This document shows, one piece after another, positions 21,174-32,033 of a stretch of DNA of 64,000 bases. A program made the translations under genes and the position numbers. Location of the stretch: the NCBI GenBank assembly GCA_963752035.1, contig CAVVWZ010000031.1, positions 3,115 through 67,114 of the forward strand, given 5' to 3'. The notes beneath the pieces were generated by a model. That model was given only the letters and a program-made list of their open reading frames with translations. It did not search any database and was not told the origin of the DNA. Numbering within the stretch: the first letter of the stretch is position 1; each line of letters starts with the position of its first letter. This stretch comes from an uncultured delta proteobacterium. GTDB taxonomy: Bacteria; Desulfobacterota; WTBG01.

Positions 21174-22913
21174 TTGATGAGCAGGTTACCTTCTCGCACC
21201 CTAGTCCAAAACAGCACAAGGCTGCTCTCTCAAGAGAAAGGAACGATTAGAAAATCCTGGGAATGTAAAAGCTCTGTTGCCCTTGTTTATCCCAATCGAT
21301 ACTATCTTGGGATGTCCAATCTCGGATTCCAGAGCATTTATCAATTGCTCAACAGCCTTCCCGATATTGTCTGTGAACGTTCGTTTCTCCCTGAGTATGA
21401 TGAACAGCAAGAGTTGATTCGATCCCAAACTCCTCTTTTCAGTTTTGAATCCTTCCATCCTTTACGTAATTTCGACATTATTGCCTTCTCCCTCTCCTTT
21501 GAAAACGACTATCCAGCTATTTTAACTATCCTCAAACTTGCAGCTATCCCCTTCTCCAGTGCTGAGAGGGGAAGTAAGTACCCACTTATCATAGCCGGTG
21601 GTGTTTGTGCCTTCTTTAATCCAGAACCCCTATCAGAATTTATCGACCTCTTTATCATCGGTGAAGCTGAAGAGGTACTACCCAAACTGATGGAAAACTA
21701 CCACCATCACCAGGGCACAACCGCCTCCAGGAATTCCCTTCTGAACCACCTTTCCAGGGACGAAGGAATATACGTACCCCGATTTTATGAAGTCACGTAC
21801 AACCCTTCAGGAACAATCAAAGCCTTTAAGCCAAAAGACAAGGCACCGTCAATTATTAAGAGGAAACACACCAGGCAGTTAGACCGTTTTCCTACCTGTT
21901 CTGTCATCACGACTCCCCAGACCGAATTCGGCAACATGTTTCTGATGGAGATAACCCGCGGCTGTGCACACCGCTGCAATTTCTGTTCTATGGGATGTGT
22001 GTACACTCCCTACCGGGGAAGAAGCCTGGAACAGCTCAAGGAAACCGCAACAAAAGGACTTAACCAGGGGTATAAAATTGGCCTTATTGGTGCCACCCTC
22101 TCAGATTACCCCCATATAACTTCTCTCTGTAAGTTCATACTGGAGAAAGGAGGGAAATTTTCCGCTACCTCCATGAGAATAGACCTCCTTGACGAGGAGT
22201 TAATCAAGTTGATGAAGCGAAGCGGCCTTAAGACGATTACCCTTGCTCCTGAAACGGGTTCAGAACGATTACGAAAAGTGATAGGGAAAAGTCTCTCGGA
22301 CGAGCAAATATTCACAACCGTTGAGTTGATAGCACAACACCACTTTCGTTACCTTAAGCTCTACTTCCTTATTGGCCTTCCTACTGAAGAATCTGAAGAC
22401 ATCGATCAGCTCATTGAACTAACAAAAAGAATACAACACCACATGATCAAAGCACAACCCCGTTCGCGACACCTGGAAAGCATAAGCTTAAGCATAAACC
22501 CCTTTATCCCGAAACCTGCAACACCATTCCAATGGCACCCTTTTGAAAACATCAACTCTCTTAAAGCCAAGCTAAAGAAAATTCGCAACAGTTTTAAGAA
22601 GGATAAGCACATTTCAGTTACCTGGGATCTTCCGAAATGGAGCTACCTTCAGTGTTTACTGAGCAGGGGAGACCGGCGGGTAGGCAAAATACTTGTAGCA
22701 GCCCATGAGCAGGGAGGAAATTTTCAAAAAGCCTATAAACAGGTTGATATTAACCCGGACTTCTACATCTACCGGGAAAGAGCACTAGACGAGATTTTAC
22801 CCTGGGATTTTATTGACCACGGTGTCAGCAGGGAGGTTCTCTCTGAAACATATACAAAGGCCCTCCTGCTGCAAAAACAGCACGAAGGCCTTGAAGAAGA
22901 TAGCAACCGGTAA
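21174..22913 (+). CDS. Radical SAM protein with an N-terminal B12-binding-like domain (uncharacterised family)
   Basis: 579 aa. It carries the CAHRCNFC (CxxxCxxC) cluster motif after an N-terminal alpha/beta domain. Confidence 0.8.
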   Translation: MMSRLPSRTLVQNSTRLLSQEKGTIRKSWECKSSVALVYPNRYYLGMSNLGFQSIYQLLNSLPDIVCERSFLPEYDEQQELIRSQTPLFSFESFHPLRNFDIIAFSLSFENDYPAILTILKLAAIPFSSAERGSKYPLIIAGGVCAFFNPEPLSEFIDLFIIGEAEEVLPKLMENYHHHQGTTASRNSLLNHLSRDEGIYVPRFYEVTYNPSGTIKAFKPKDKAPSIIKRKHTRQLDRFPTCSVITTPQTEFGNMFLMEITRGCAHRCNFCSMGCVYTPYRGRSLEQLKETATKGLNQGYKIGLIGATLSDYPHITSLCKFILEKGGKFSATSMRIDLLDEELIKLMKRSGLKTITLAPETGSERLRKVIGKSLSDEQIFTTVELIAQHHFRYLKLYFLIGLPTEESEDIDQLIELTKRIQHHMIKAQPRSRHLESISLSINPFIPKPATPFQWHPFENINSLKAKLKKIRNSFKKDKHISVTWDLPKWSYLQCLLSRGDRRVGKILVAAHEQGGNFQKAYKQVDINPDFYIYRERALDEILPWDFIDHGVSREVLSETYTKALLLQKQHEGLEEDSNR

Positions 22914-22976
22914 ATTACCACCCGTAAAATAAAAGATGCACTCTACTACGGTCAGCAAAGAAATGGTTACTGTTGT

Positions 22977-24311
22977 CTAGATTACTACAGATTTTTTCTT
23001 AAGGGTATTACGGGAAACGCCTAACAGCTTTGCCGCCTTACTTTTATTGCCCTTCACTTTTTTAAGAACTGTTTTGACGTAGAGGGTTGCCATCTCGTCC
23101 AAAGACAGAAAACTGCCATTCATCAAAAGGGTGTCCAGGGTCAGTACCTTCCGATCACGCTTAAATTCCATCTCTTTCATGGAAATGGTATCTCCCTGCG
23201 CACCAATGACAACATGCTCTAAAACATTTTTTAGTTCACTCACATTACCGGGCCAATCATAAGACTCCAGATAATGCCTGACGTCGGCATCAATCTTCTT
23301 TACATGCTTCCCGTATTTGCGGTTAAACCTGTCCATAAAGTGCATTGCCAGAGGAATGATTTCCCGGGAGCGCTTTTTGAGAGGTGGAATATGAATTGAA
23401 TGTTTGTGCAGTGTCTGATAAAGCTCTTTGTTAAACTTACCCTTATCAACAAGCGTTTTAAGGTTTGCAGTGGTTGATACAATGATACGTAAACTTTGCA
23501 GCGAGTTGTCAGTCTTTTTCCCCCTTCCAGACTTTTTACGTTTGAGGTACTTGAGCACCTTGGTTTGACCTGCCTTGGGAAGAAACTCTATATTGTGAAG
23601 GAAGAGTGTTCCTCCCTCGACATGGCGGAAGTACTCACCATCCTTTCTTTTACCATCGACTGTCTTCTGGATATCAAGCAGGTATTGGTCAAGGTCTTGC
23701 ACTTGTTTGTCATTGCAATTCATGGACACAAAGGGAAGCATAAAGCAGGGACTCCGGAGATGAAGCACCTTTGCGAGAAGTGCTTTTCCTGTCCCCACCT
23801 CTCCAAACAACATGACAGGAACATGCCCATTTTCAAAAAATCCTACCACCTGCTGGTACAACTCTTCCATACTCTTGCTGACACCAACCATTTCATTGCT
23901 TTCCAGCTGATGCAAAAACCAGAGGCGCAAGCGTTCTGCCTGCCGTTGATGATACTGTACGGCCAAAAACTTCTGCAAAACAATTGTGATCTCTTCACTA
24001 TTACATGGTTTACAGAAGTAATATTCCGCACCCCGTTGCAATGTCTCAATTCCCTGTTCATTTGAATTAACTATGGTAAAGAGGTTAGCACACCCGCCAT
24101 TTTTTTTCATCTTTTGCACTATGTCAACACCACGGGGATTAGGCAGATCAAGTGATAAAAAAACCACATCAGGCTTTTCCTTTTTCATCTCCCGTAATGC
24201 CTTTGTCGTGGAGGAAGAGGACAACACTCGACATCCACGGTCTTTAAAAAAAGTGATCAGGTCGCTGTGCTCTACTTCCTTACCCGCAATCATCTGGATT
24301 GTTATACTCAT
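22977..24311 (-). CDS. NtrC-like receiver/AAA+/Fis-HTH protein with degenerate sigma54-activator motifs
   Basis: 444 aa. It has a receiver domain (FLSLDLP, CKP), Walker A GEVGTGK, WPGNVSEL, and a C-terminal KAAKLLGVSRNTLKKK helix-turn-helix. The GAFTGA loop and the Walker B DE pair are not present (see findings). Confidence 0.8.
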   Translation of the reverse strand: MSITIQMIAGKEVEHSDLITFFKDRGCRVLSSSSTTKALREMKKEKPDVVFLSLDLPNPRGVDIVQKMKKNGGCANLFTIVNSNEQGIETLQRGAEYYFCKPCNSEEITIVLQKFLAVQYHQRQAERLRLWFLHQLESNEMVGVSKSMEELYQQVVGFFENGHVPVMLFGEVGTGKALLAKVLHLRSPCFMLPFVSMNCNDKQVQDLDQYLLDIQKTVDGKRKDGEYFRHVEGGTLFLHNIEFLPKAGQTKVLKYLKRKKSGRGKKTDNSLQSLRIIVSTTANLKTLVDKGKFNKELYQTLHKHSIHIPPLKKRSREIIPLAMHFMDRFNRKYGKHVKKIDADVRHYLESYDWPGNVSELKNVLEHVVIGAQGDTISMKEMEFKRDRKVLTLDTLLMNGSFLSLDEMATLYVKTVLKKVKGNKSKAAKLLGVSRNTLKKKSVVI

Positions 24312-24853
24312 GAACTGTATTCCCTTCTGGTCACATCAACACCATCTGCTATAAATAGAAAAGCTTGCACTACACAAAACCACATGTTCCACTACCAGGT
24401 CATCAAGCAATTTATAGTTTCACATTTCAAGCGCAGCATACATTACCGTCATGTGGAGGTATTGCCATTCTATACATAATCAAGCTGGATCTTACGGTTA
24501 AAAGAACCTTATCAGGCTATTTGAAGTGATAATCAGAGTTGCACGATTTAAGGAAGGTAGGTTATAGAACTTACGTGTAGAACTTATATGGATAGGTTAT
24601 AACAAAATGCATTGAAATAGTCCTACACAAGGTATCATTTCTGCTTAAAAACTCAAAACCCCTCCCTTGCGGCAATCTTTGGTAAACTAAGCTGGCATGG
24701 AAAGTAACAAATTCATTTTTTCAAGTCAAGAATTTTTAGAAAAATATTTTTAAAAAAAATAATACGCTTGATTTTACACTGTTTTTTTGACATGCTACAC
24801 TTTGCTTTCTCAGCACCTACCGGTAAAGCATACAACACAGGAGATAGCAATGG

Positions 24854-25525
24854 ATGGCAATGAGTGAAATAATTTTCAAACTGCTCTTGTCTGCCTTTTT
24901 AGGAGGACTGATTGGACTTGAACGGGAACTGCACTCTCGTGCAGCAGGATTGCGAACCCACATCCTCGTTGCCATCGGATCTACGCTTATAATGATGATC
25001 TCAAACTATATGTTTCTTCTCTATCAAGATCAAACAGCAAGCACTGTAGTGCGTCTGGACCCTGCCCGGATTGCTGCCATGACTATTACCGGAATCGGTT
25101 TTTTGGGTGCAGGGACCATCATCCAGTCTAAGGAAATTGTCAGAGGACTGACGACTGCTGCATGTCTGTGGGTTATCGCTGCTGTTGGTTTGTCAGTTGG
25201 CTGTGGATTCTATCTTCCCGCTGTGATGACATCGGTTATTGCACTGATGTCACTCTATCTTCTCCACTACCTTGAAGATTTTCTCAAGAAAGACTGGTAC
25301 AGGAAACTTACGGTTATCACCGACGACAGTAACCGGTTTCCTGCTATAGAACAGGTCCTCGTGAGTAATAAAATTCACATTGTCAAGGTTGGCCTGGACA
25401 CTAATATCCTCGATAGAGAAACCACCTACCATATTGATCTTAAAATGAAAAAAGATTTGAACGACTTTGCCATTGTCCGTGAACTGGTCAAAGTAGTTGG
25501 ATTAAGGCGAGTTCAGTGGATATAG
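24854..25525 (+). CDS. MgtC/SapB family membrane protein
   Basis: 223 aa. The N-terminal part has ERELHSRAAGLRTHILV and 4-5 TM helices, followed by a soluble ACT-like C-terminal domain. Confidence 0.8.
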   Translation: MAMSEIIFKLLLSAFLGGLIGLERELHSRAAGLRTHILVAIGSTLIMMISNYMFLLYQDQTASTVVRLDPARIAAMTITGIGFLGAGTIIQSKEIVRGLTTAACLWVIAAVGLSVGCGFYLPAVMTSVIALMSLYLLHYLEDFLKKDWYRKLTVITDDSNRFPAIEQVLVSNKIHIVKVGLDTNILDRETTYHIDLKMKKDLNDFAIVRELVKVVGLRRVQWI

Positions 25526-25557
25526 CCTACAGCACAGAGGAACACCCCGGTAATCCT

Positions 25558-26586
25558 ATGAAAACAATTTTTATAAAGGACATTAAAGAAAATCAAAAAG
25601 TAGCCAGTACGTTTCTGGTAAAACAAAAAAACATTTCCCGGACCAAGGCAGGAAAGCCCTTTTTGAACCTTACCCTGAGTGACAAAACCGGAGAAATCAT
25701 AGGGAGAGTGTGGGAACAGGCTGAATCACTGTCTGAAGGTTTTCAGAAGGATGATTTCATCCGTTTAGAATCAACCTCTGTGTCCTACCAAAATGCACTA
25801 CAACTCAACATTACCGCACTCACTCGCTGCCCCCCTTCTGAGATCGATATAACTAAGTATCTCCCCGAGGCACAACGTGACAGGGAGGAAACTTTTAACG
25901 AGCTCACAACCATTATCGAAACCATTCACAATCCCCATCTCAGGCAGTTACTTGATCTCTTCCTGCAAGACCAGATGTTTATCAGACTCTTTAAATCCGC
26001 ACCTGCAGCAAAGAAGCTGCATCATGTCTATATAGGAGGCCTACTGGAGCACACCACAAGTGTTGCCAACCTCATCCTCACCATAGGGTCCCATTATGGT
26101 GGACTGAATCTCGACCTTCTCCTCACTGCTGGCATCCTCCACGACATTGGCAAAGTTCATGAACTTACCTATTCAAGGTCATTTGATTATTCCGATACTG
26201 GCAGGCTCCTCGGCCACATTGTGATAGGCCTTGAAATGATTACCGAGAAAATAGGCAGACTACCTGACTTTCCAAAGGATTTGGCCCTCGAGTTGAAACA
26301 TCTCATTATCAGCCATCATGGCCAGTACGATTATGGCTCACCTAAGCGACCAAAAACACTTGAGGCACTTATCCTTTTTTATCTGGATGATTTGGATGCG
26401 AAAGTAGAAGACCTGAAGTCTTTCACCCGGCTTGAGGCAGAAAACCAGTCTAAGTGTGCAGGTTATCATAAGATGCTCGGTCGTTATATCTATAAATCTC
26501 TCGAGGCTCAGGATTGTGTGGACCCTGTGCCTTCCGATGAAAAGGAAGAAGGCCACCAGCCCGACACCAGCAGGAAACAAGGATAA
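25558..26586 (+). CDS. OB-fold plus HD-domain nuclease, YhaM-like 3'-5' exoribonuclease family
   Basis: N-terminal OB-fold (LTLSDKTGEIIGRVW) and an HD domain (HHVYIGGLLEHT, GILHDIGK, ISHHG). Confidence 0.7.
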   Translation: MKTIFIKDIKENQKVASTFLVKQKNISRTKAGKPFLNLTLSDKTGEIIGRVWEQAESLSEGFQKDDFIRLESTSVSYQNALQLNITALTRCPPSEIDITKYLPEAQRDREETFNELTTIIETIHNPHLRQLLDLFLQDQMFIRLFKSAPAAKKLHHVYIGGLLEHTTSVANLILTIGSHYGGLNLDLLLTAGILHDIGKVHELTYSRSFDYSDTGRLLGHIVIGLEMITEKIGRLPDFPKDLALELKHLIISHHGQYDYGSPKRPKTLEALILFYLDDLDAKVEDLKSFTRLEAENQSKCAGYHKMLGRYIYKSLEAQDCVDPVPSDEKEEGHQPDTSRKQG

Positions 26587-26899
26587 CCTTTACTCTACCA
26601 GGGTCTTCTGGCTTGCACCCCCTCTGTCAAGGAACAATACCCCTCACTCAGCACAAAACAGAGATAACGGGTCACAACCACCCCTTTTCCTAGCCCTGAT
26701 TCTGCTTGAAGTAATCCTGTTTCCTTGTGCGACCCCTTGAAATAAAAGGGTTTTCAAAGCTATCAATGCCTGCTTGCAAAGAAAATGCTTGCTAAATGCA
26801 TTCGTTTTATACTAATATGGCAGATTATTTTGTGTTTTGCATAGTGTGCTACCCGCTGAACACGCCAAAGTAATTTTGTATTCTCTGGAGACTGCTTAC

Positions 26900-27254
26900 A
26901 TGAATACCTATGTGGTTCTAGTCACTTGCGATCATTCTCAATGCGCTTGCGAATATCCTCATGAAAGTTGCAATGCTAAAACAGGAAAAAACCACAGACA
27001 TCATGACTATGGTCACACAGTCCCTTACCAATCCTGTACTGTTTCTGGGCCTTGTTTCTTTTGGTCTGGCACTGGTTGCCTATTGTTTTGTGCTTGCAAA
27101 GATCAACCTGAGTATTGCCTACCCTCTCATGACAAGCCTCGGGTTTTTAATCGTTATTCTTGCATCCTGGCTGTTTCTCGGTGAAAATATTTCAAAAATC
27201 CAAATTGTAGGTTTCACCTGTATCATTGCAGGTGTCTGGATGGTAGCTCGATAA
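26900..27254 (+). CDS. Small EamA/SMR-like (ArnE/ArnF-like) membrane protein, frame broken near 26919
   Basis: ATG 26900 (MNTYVVLV) is in one frame. TM1 (SLAIILNALANILMKVAM) and the remaining three TM helices are in the frame of ORF 26961-27254, which has no start codon for TM1. Confidence 0.5.
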
Positions 27255-27368
27255 ACAAATCATAAAACGTTAGCTCTAGAATACTTAACCGGTTACAGCA
27301 GGTTACCGGCAGCGATACCAATCATAACAAACTGTACCATCACTTTTCACATAGACTTTCGCCATACT

Positions 27369-28250
27369 ATGACTAATCAAACCTGGTTTCACATCTTCAA
27401 GACAATGCGGCCACGCCAGTGGACCAAAAATCTGCTCGTTTTTGCTGCTCTCATTTTTTCCCAGAATCTCTTCAATACATCTATGTTACGGGACAGTACC
27501 ATTGCGTTTGTTATTTTCTGTCTTCTCTCAGGAAGCGTTTACACCTTAAATGATTTACTGGATATAAAACAAGACCGCCTGCACCCCAAAAAGTCCAAAC
27601 GGCCTCTGGCTTCTGGAAAACTGAAGCCCGCTTCAGCCATCATTGCTGGTCTGCTATTGGTTACACTCTCCCTGGCCAATGCCTTTTGGCTCAACACCAA
27701 TTTTGGATTGATTGCTCTCAGTTACTTCATTTTACAGATTGCTTATTCAACCATCTTGAAACATGTTGTGATTCTTGATGTGCTTGCGGTTTCAATAGGG
27801 TTTGTTCTGAGGGCAATTGCCGGAGCGGAAGTTATTGACGTCCCCATATCGTCCTGGCTCCTCGTTTGTACTATCCTCCTGGCACTCTTTCTATCATTGG
27901 GCAAACGAAGACATGAAATTCTCCTCCTGGAGGAAAATGCAGCTAACCATCGAAAAATTCTCTATGAGTACAGTCCGGGCCTTCTTGACCAGATGATTTC
28001 GGTTGTTACCGCCTCAACCGTGGTTGCCTATGCCCTCTATACCATGTCTGCCGAGACCATTACCAAATTTCAAACCGATAACTTAAAATACACCATCCCC
28101 TTTGTCCTGTACGGTATATTTCGATACCTGTACCTTATTCATCAAAGGAGTGAAGGTGGCAGTCCGGAAAAAATTCTGTTAAACGATAAGCCACTGCTGA
28201 TTAATATCATACTCTATCTCACTACAGTCTGGCTTTTTACGTATAGTTAG
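27369..28250 (+). CDS. UbiA-family prenyltransferase, decaprenyl-phosphate phosphoribosyltransferase-like
   Basis: 293-aa polytopic protein with NDLLDIKQDRLHPKKSKRPLASG and a second D-rich region. Confidence 0.8.
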   Translation: MTNQTWFHIFKTMRPRQWTKNLLVFAALIFSQNLFNTSMLRDSTIAFVIFCLLSGSVYTLNDLLDIKQDRLHPKKSKRPLASGKLKPASAIIAGLLLVTLSLANAFWLNTNFGLIALSYFILQIAYSTILKHVVILDVLAVSIGFVLRAIAGAEVIDVPISSWLLVCTILLALFLSLGKRRHEILLLEENAANHRKILYEYSPGLLDQMISVVTASTVVAYALYTMSAETITKFQTDNLKYTIPFVLYGIFRYLYLIHQRSEGGSPEKILLNDKPLLINIILYLTTVWLFTYS

Positions 28251-28323
28251 GTACATACTATACAGGGTATAGCACCTGTAAGAAAACAAATACAGCTAAC
28301 ACTTATTGCTAAGGAGAAACGTC

Positions 28324-28410
28324 ATGGGAAAAACAAGCAGACAACAAAAAGCAAAGAAGAAAAAGAAGAAAAAGAAGGTTAAGCGCATTGGCAGAGGAAG
28401 CAAGCGTTAG
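28324..28410 (+). CDS. Possible 28-aa lysine-rich micro-protein (MGKTSRQQKAKKKKKKKKVKRIGRGSKR)
   Basis: AAGGAG Shine-Dalgarno 7 nt upstream of the ATG. It is too short for the ORF track, and no homology can be asserted. Confidence 0.3.
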   Translation: MGKTSRQQKAKKKKKKKKVKRIGRGSKR

Positions 28411-29154
28411 CCACCTGCCTCCTGTTGAACCTCTATACATCCTTAGAACAGCCCTTGCAGCCTGATAGTGCATGTTGACAGGAGTCAGCATTTAGTATGT
28501 ATACTGACTTCTGTCTTGTGTAACCGGCTTTTGGGTTTGATCTATAAAAGGAATTACTTCAAAAACAGTACAACTGGACTTTCTACAAGAACCTGATTTC
28601 CATACCTGCCTTTTTACCTCTCTCGGCTGATCTCTGTCTACATCCCGCACGTACCCAGAAAACCCCTGAGATAAGACTACGGCATTGTTGGAATAGCTTT
28701 TTCATTAAAGTTATTCCAGGCAGTTCCGATAGGACTACACATACTTCATCCGGCAATAATAACCTACAAGAGGATAGTAGCATGGCTTCCTATCGATCAG
28801 AAACAAGTTGTTCGGCCGATGTAGTACCATTCTTTTTAAATAGAGCAGATTATGTAGGTTTTTTTCTCAAAGTCAATCCCCATGAAAACAATTTCTCGAC
28901 TTTCGTTATTAAGAAAAAGGATTTTGATTCACAATCGGAGTTCATGAAAAACCTGGCCGTCATCTACGATTCTTGCGTCAAGTAATACCCCACTAATCCA
29001 GCCCATCATCTTATCTACTCATTTTTCTTGCATTGAACCTGTAATTAGCTTATCATATTAGATTAACCGCCTGCAGGCACCCACCACATGGCATCTGTCA
29101 GGCGTGTGCCATTTCACTTAAATACTCTCATATATCAAATAGATAGATAAACAG

Positions 29155-32004
29155 ATGAAAAGCATTAGTGTCAGAGGGGCAAAGGAGCACAACCTGAAAA
29201 ATATCGACCTCGAAATCCCTCGTGACAAACTCGTGGTTATTACGGGCTTAAGTGGATCAGGGAAATCTTCCCTGGCTTTTGATACCATTTATGCGGAAGG
29301 TCAAAGACGGTACGTTGAATCCCTTTCTGCATATGCCCGCCAATTTCTGGAGCAGATGGATAAACCGGATGTGGAATCAATCGAGGGACTCTCTCCTGCC
29401 ATCTCTATCGAACAACGAACCCTCAGTAAAAACCCAAGATCCACTGTGGGTACCGTTACAGAAATCTATGACTACCTTCGGGTGCTTTTCGCTCGAATCG
29501 GAAAACCCTACTGTCACAAGTGTGGCAAGGAAATAAGTTCACAAACCATCCAGCAGATTGTCGATCAGCTCAAAGAACTGCCCCAGGGCTCAAAAATCAT
29601 CTTGTTTGCTCCCTTGATTCAGGGCAGGAAAGGTGAATACCGGAAAGAACTCAACCAGCTGCGGAAAAGTGGTTTTGCCAGGGTAAAAATAGATGGTCAT
29701 GTTAAAGACTTGAGTGAAGATATTACCCTGAACAAAAACAAGAAGCACACCATTGATGTGATGATTGACCGCCTGGTTATCAAGGAAAAGATTGAAAAAA
29801 GGTTAGCGGATTCCCTGGAAACGGCACTTAATTTGTCCGGTGGTATTGTCAAGATTGAACTCAATGGAACCAAAGAGTTGCTCTACAGCGAAAAAAATGC
29901 CTGTGTTGATTGTGGAGTCAGTTTCCCTGAAATTTCCCCGCGCATATTTTCCTTTAATAATCCCCATGGTGCCTGCCCTGCCTGTGGAGGCCTTGGTTCA
30001 AAAATGTATTTTGATCCCGACCTTGTGGTTCCTAATCGGAACCTTTCAATTCGTGAGGGTGCTATTCTTCCCTGGGCTAACAGAAAATCCATCTATTACC
30101 ATCAAATGCTTGATGCCCTCGCCCGTCACTACAAATTCGACATCTACACCCCCTTCAAAGACCTCCCCCCTCACCTCCAACAGATACTGCTTCACGGATC
30201 GGTTGATGAAAAGATTGATTTTTATTATGATGACGGCACCCGTCGCTTCTCCCATCAAAGAGAATTCATGGGGGTCATCCCCAACCTGGATCGCCGTTTT
30301 AAAGAAACTGATTCTTCCGCGGTCCGGCAGGAACTTGATCACTACATGAATACCAGCACTTGTCCGGATTGTTCCGGTTCCAGGCTGCGCAAAGAAAGTC
30401 TCTTTATTAAAATCAACGATCACTCCATCCACGACATTACTAAGCTTTCGATTACAGAAGCACATACATTCTTTTCCCGGTTGAATCTTAGCAAACGTGA
30501 TAAAAAGATCGCTCAGCGCATTCTTAAAGAAATTACCGAACGTCTCACCTTCCTCATGCATGTTGGTGTTGACTACCTGACCCTGAATCGGTCTTCGGCC
30601 ACACTTGCGGGTGGAGAAGGACAGCGTATAAGGCTCGCAACTCAAATAGGGTCAAGCCTCGTGGGGGTCCTCTACATTCTGGACGAACCCAGCGTTGGAC
30701 TTCACCAGAGAGACAACATTAAACTCCTTGAAACCCTGAAAAAGCTGAGAGACCTTGACAACACCGTACTGGTAGTGGAACACGATGAACAGACTATTTT
30801 AGCAGCAGATCATGTTATTGACATGGGTCCAGGGGCCGGCATGGCAGGAGGTGAGATTGTCTTCAGCGGTCCTCCCCGGAAAATTTTAAAGCACAGCGAG
30901 TCCTTAACCGGTAAATATCTCTCTCACCGGCTTAAGATTCCCATACCGCCTAAGCGCAGGAAGCCCTCTAATCGATTTCTCACCATTAACGGTGCAAGAG
31001 AAAACAATCTCAAAAATATTTCCGTCAAGATTCCTCTGGGTCTCTTTACCTGCATCACCGGTGTTTCCGGTTCAGGAAAAAGCACTCTGGTTATTGACAC
31101 CCTCTACCGCTCTTTAGCTCAACGGCTCTACCATGCTAAAGAGAAGGCAGGTAAGGTAGAAAGTATTGAAGGGTTAGAGTACACCGATAAGGTTATTGAT
31201 ATTGACCAGACGCCCATTGGAAGGACGCCCCGTTCCAATCCTGCTACCTACACCGGGACATTTACTCACATTAGAGATCTCTTTGCCCGTCTGCCTGAAT
31301 CACGTGCACGGGGCTACAAACCAGGCAGATACAGTTTTAATGTCAAGGGAGGGCGGTGTGAAGCCTGTACCGGTGATGGACTGATTAAAATCGAAATGCA
31401 CTTCCTCCCTGATGTTCATGTAACCTGCGAAGTCTGTAAGGGAAAACGATATAATCGGGAGACACTGGAGATACAGTACAAGGGCAAAAATATTGCCGAG
31501 GTCCTGGACATGACCGTAAACCAGGCCTTCTCGTTTCTCGAAACTATTCCCCCCATCAAAGCAAAACTGCAAACCCTTATTGATGTGGGTTTAGGATATA
31601 TCAGATTGGGACAATCTGCCACCACCCTCTCCGGGGGAGAAGCTCAGCGCATCAAACTGTCACGGGAACTGAGCAAACGAAGCACCGGCAGGACGCTCTA
31701 TATTCTCGACGAACCAACTACCGGCCTTCATTTTGCTGACATTCATAAACTCTTAGAGGTGCTCAACAAGCTCAACGATCGGGGGAACACCGTTATTGTT
31801 ATAGAACATAACATGGAGGTCATTAAAACTGCCGATTACATAATAGACCTGGGGCCGGAAGGAGGCGACAAGGGCGGGACCATTATTGCCATTGGCACAC
31901 CGGAGGAAGTAGGCAACAACAAAAAGTCTCATACAGGTCGTTTTTTAAAGGAAATCCTTCGGGAAAATCCGACCAGCAATTCAAGCAAAAAAAAGAAACC
32001 CTAA
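29155..32004 (+). CDS. uvrA: Excinuclease ABC subunit UvrA
   Basis: 949 aa with two ABC ATPase modules ([18 protein letters not shown], two LSGGE signatures) and zinc-finger CxxC pairs. Confidence 0.97.
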   Translation: MKSISVRGAKEHNLKNIDLEIPRDKLVVITGLSGSGKSSLAFDTIYAEGQRRYVESLSAYARQFLEQMDKPDVESIEGLSPAISIEQRTLSKNPRSTVGTVTEIYDYLRVLFARIGKPYCHKCGKEISSQTIQQIVDQLKELPQGSKIILFAPLIQGRKGEYRKELNQLRKSGFARVKIDGHVKDLSEDITLNKNKKHTIDVMIDRLVIKEKIEKRLADSLETALNLSGGIVKIELNGTKELLYSEKNACVDCGVSFPEISPRIFSFNNPHGACPACGGLGSKMYFDPDLVVPNRNLSIREGAILPWANRKSIYYHQMLDALARHYKFDIYTPFKDLPPHLQQILLHGSVDEKIDFYYDDGTRRFSHQREFMGVIPNLDRRFKETDSSAVRQELDHYMNTSTCPDCSGSRLRKESLFIKINDHSIHDITKLSITEAHTFFSRLNLSKRDKKIAQRILKEITERLTFLMHVGVDYLTLNRSSATLAGGEGQRIRLATQIGSSLVGVLYILDEPSVGLHQRDNIKLLETLKKLRDLDNTVLVVEHDEQTILAADHVIDMGPGAGMAGGEIVFSGPPRKILKHSESLTGKYLSHRLKIPIPPKRRKPSNRFLTINGARENNLKNISVKIPLGLFTCITGVSGSGKSTLVIDTLYRSLAQRLYHAKEKAGKVESIEGLEYTDKVIDIDQTPIGRTPRSNPATYTGTFTHIRDLFARLPESRARGYKPGRYSFNVKGGRCEACTGDGLIKIEMHFLPDVHVTCEVCKGKRYNRETLEIQYKGKNIAEVLDMTVNQAFSFLETIPPIKAKLQTLIDVGLGYIRLGQSATTLSGGEAQRIKLSRELSKRSTGRTLYILDEPTTGLHFADIHKLLEVLNKLNDRGNTVIVIEHNMEVIKTADYIIDLGPEGGDKGGTIIAIGTPEEVGNNKKSHTGRFLKEILRENPTSNSSKKKKP

Positions 32005-32033
32005 AGAGAACAGAACCTCTCCCCTGTGTGTTT

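Noticed and set aside
24680-24710. A TGGCAT-N5-GTAAC sequence considered as a sigma54 -24/-12 promoter in the regulator/mgtC divergent region.
   Set aside because: The -12 GC element is missing, so it does not fit TGGCAC-N5-TTGC. No other candidate was found there.
28411-29154. The short ORFs 28583-28783(-) and 28782-28985(+), and the imperfect hairpin at 28476-28514, upstream of uvrA.
   Set aside because: They have no Shine-Dalgarno sequence and no recognisable motifs, and their amino-acid composition is atypical. Evidence is insufficient to call genes or an sRNA.
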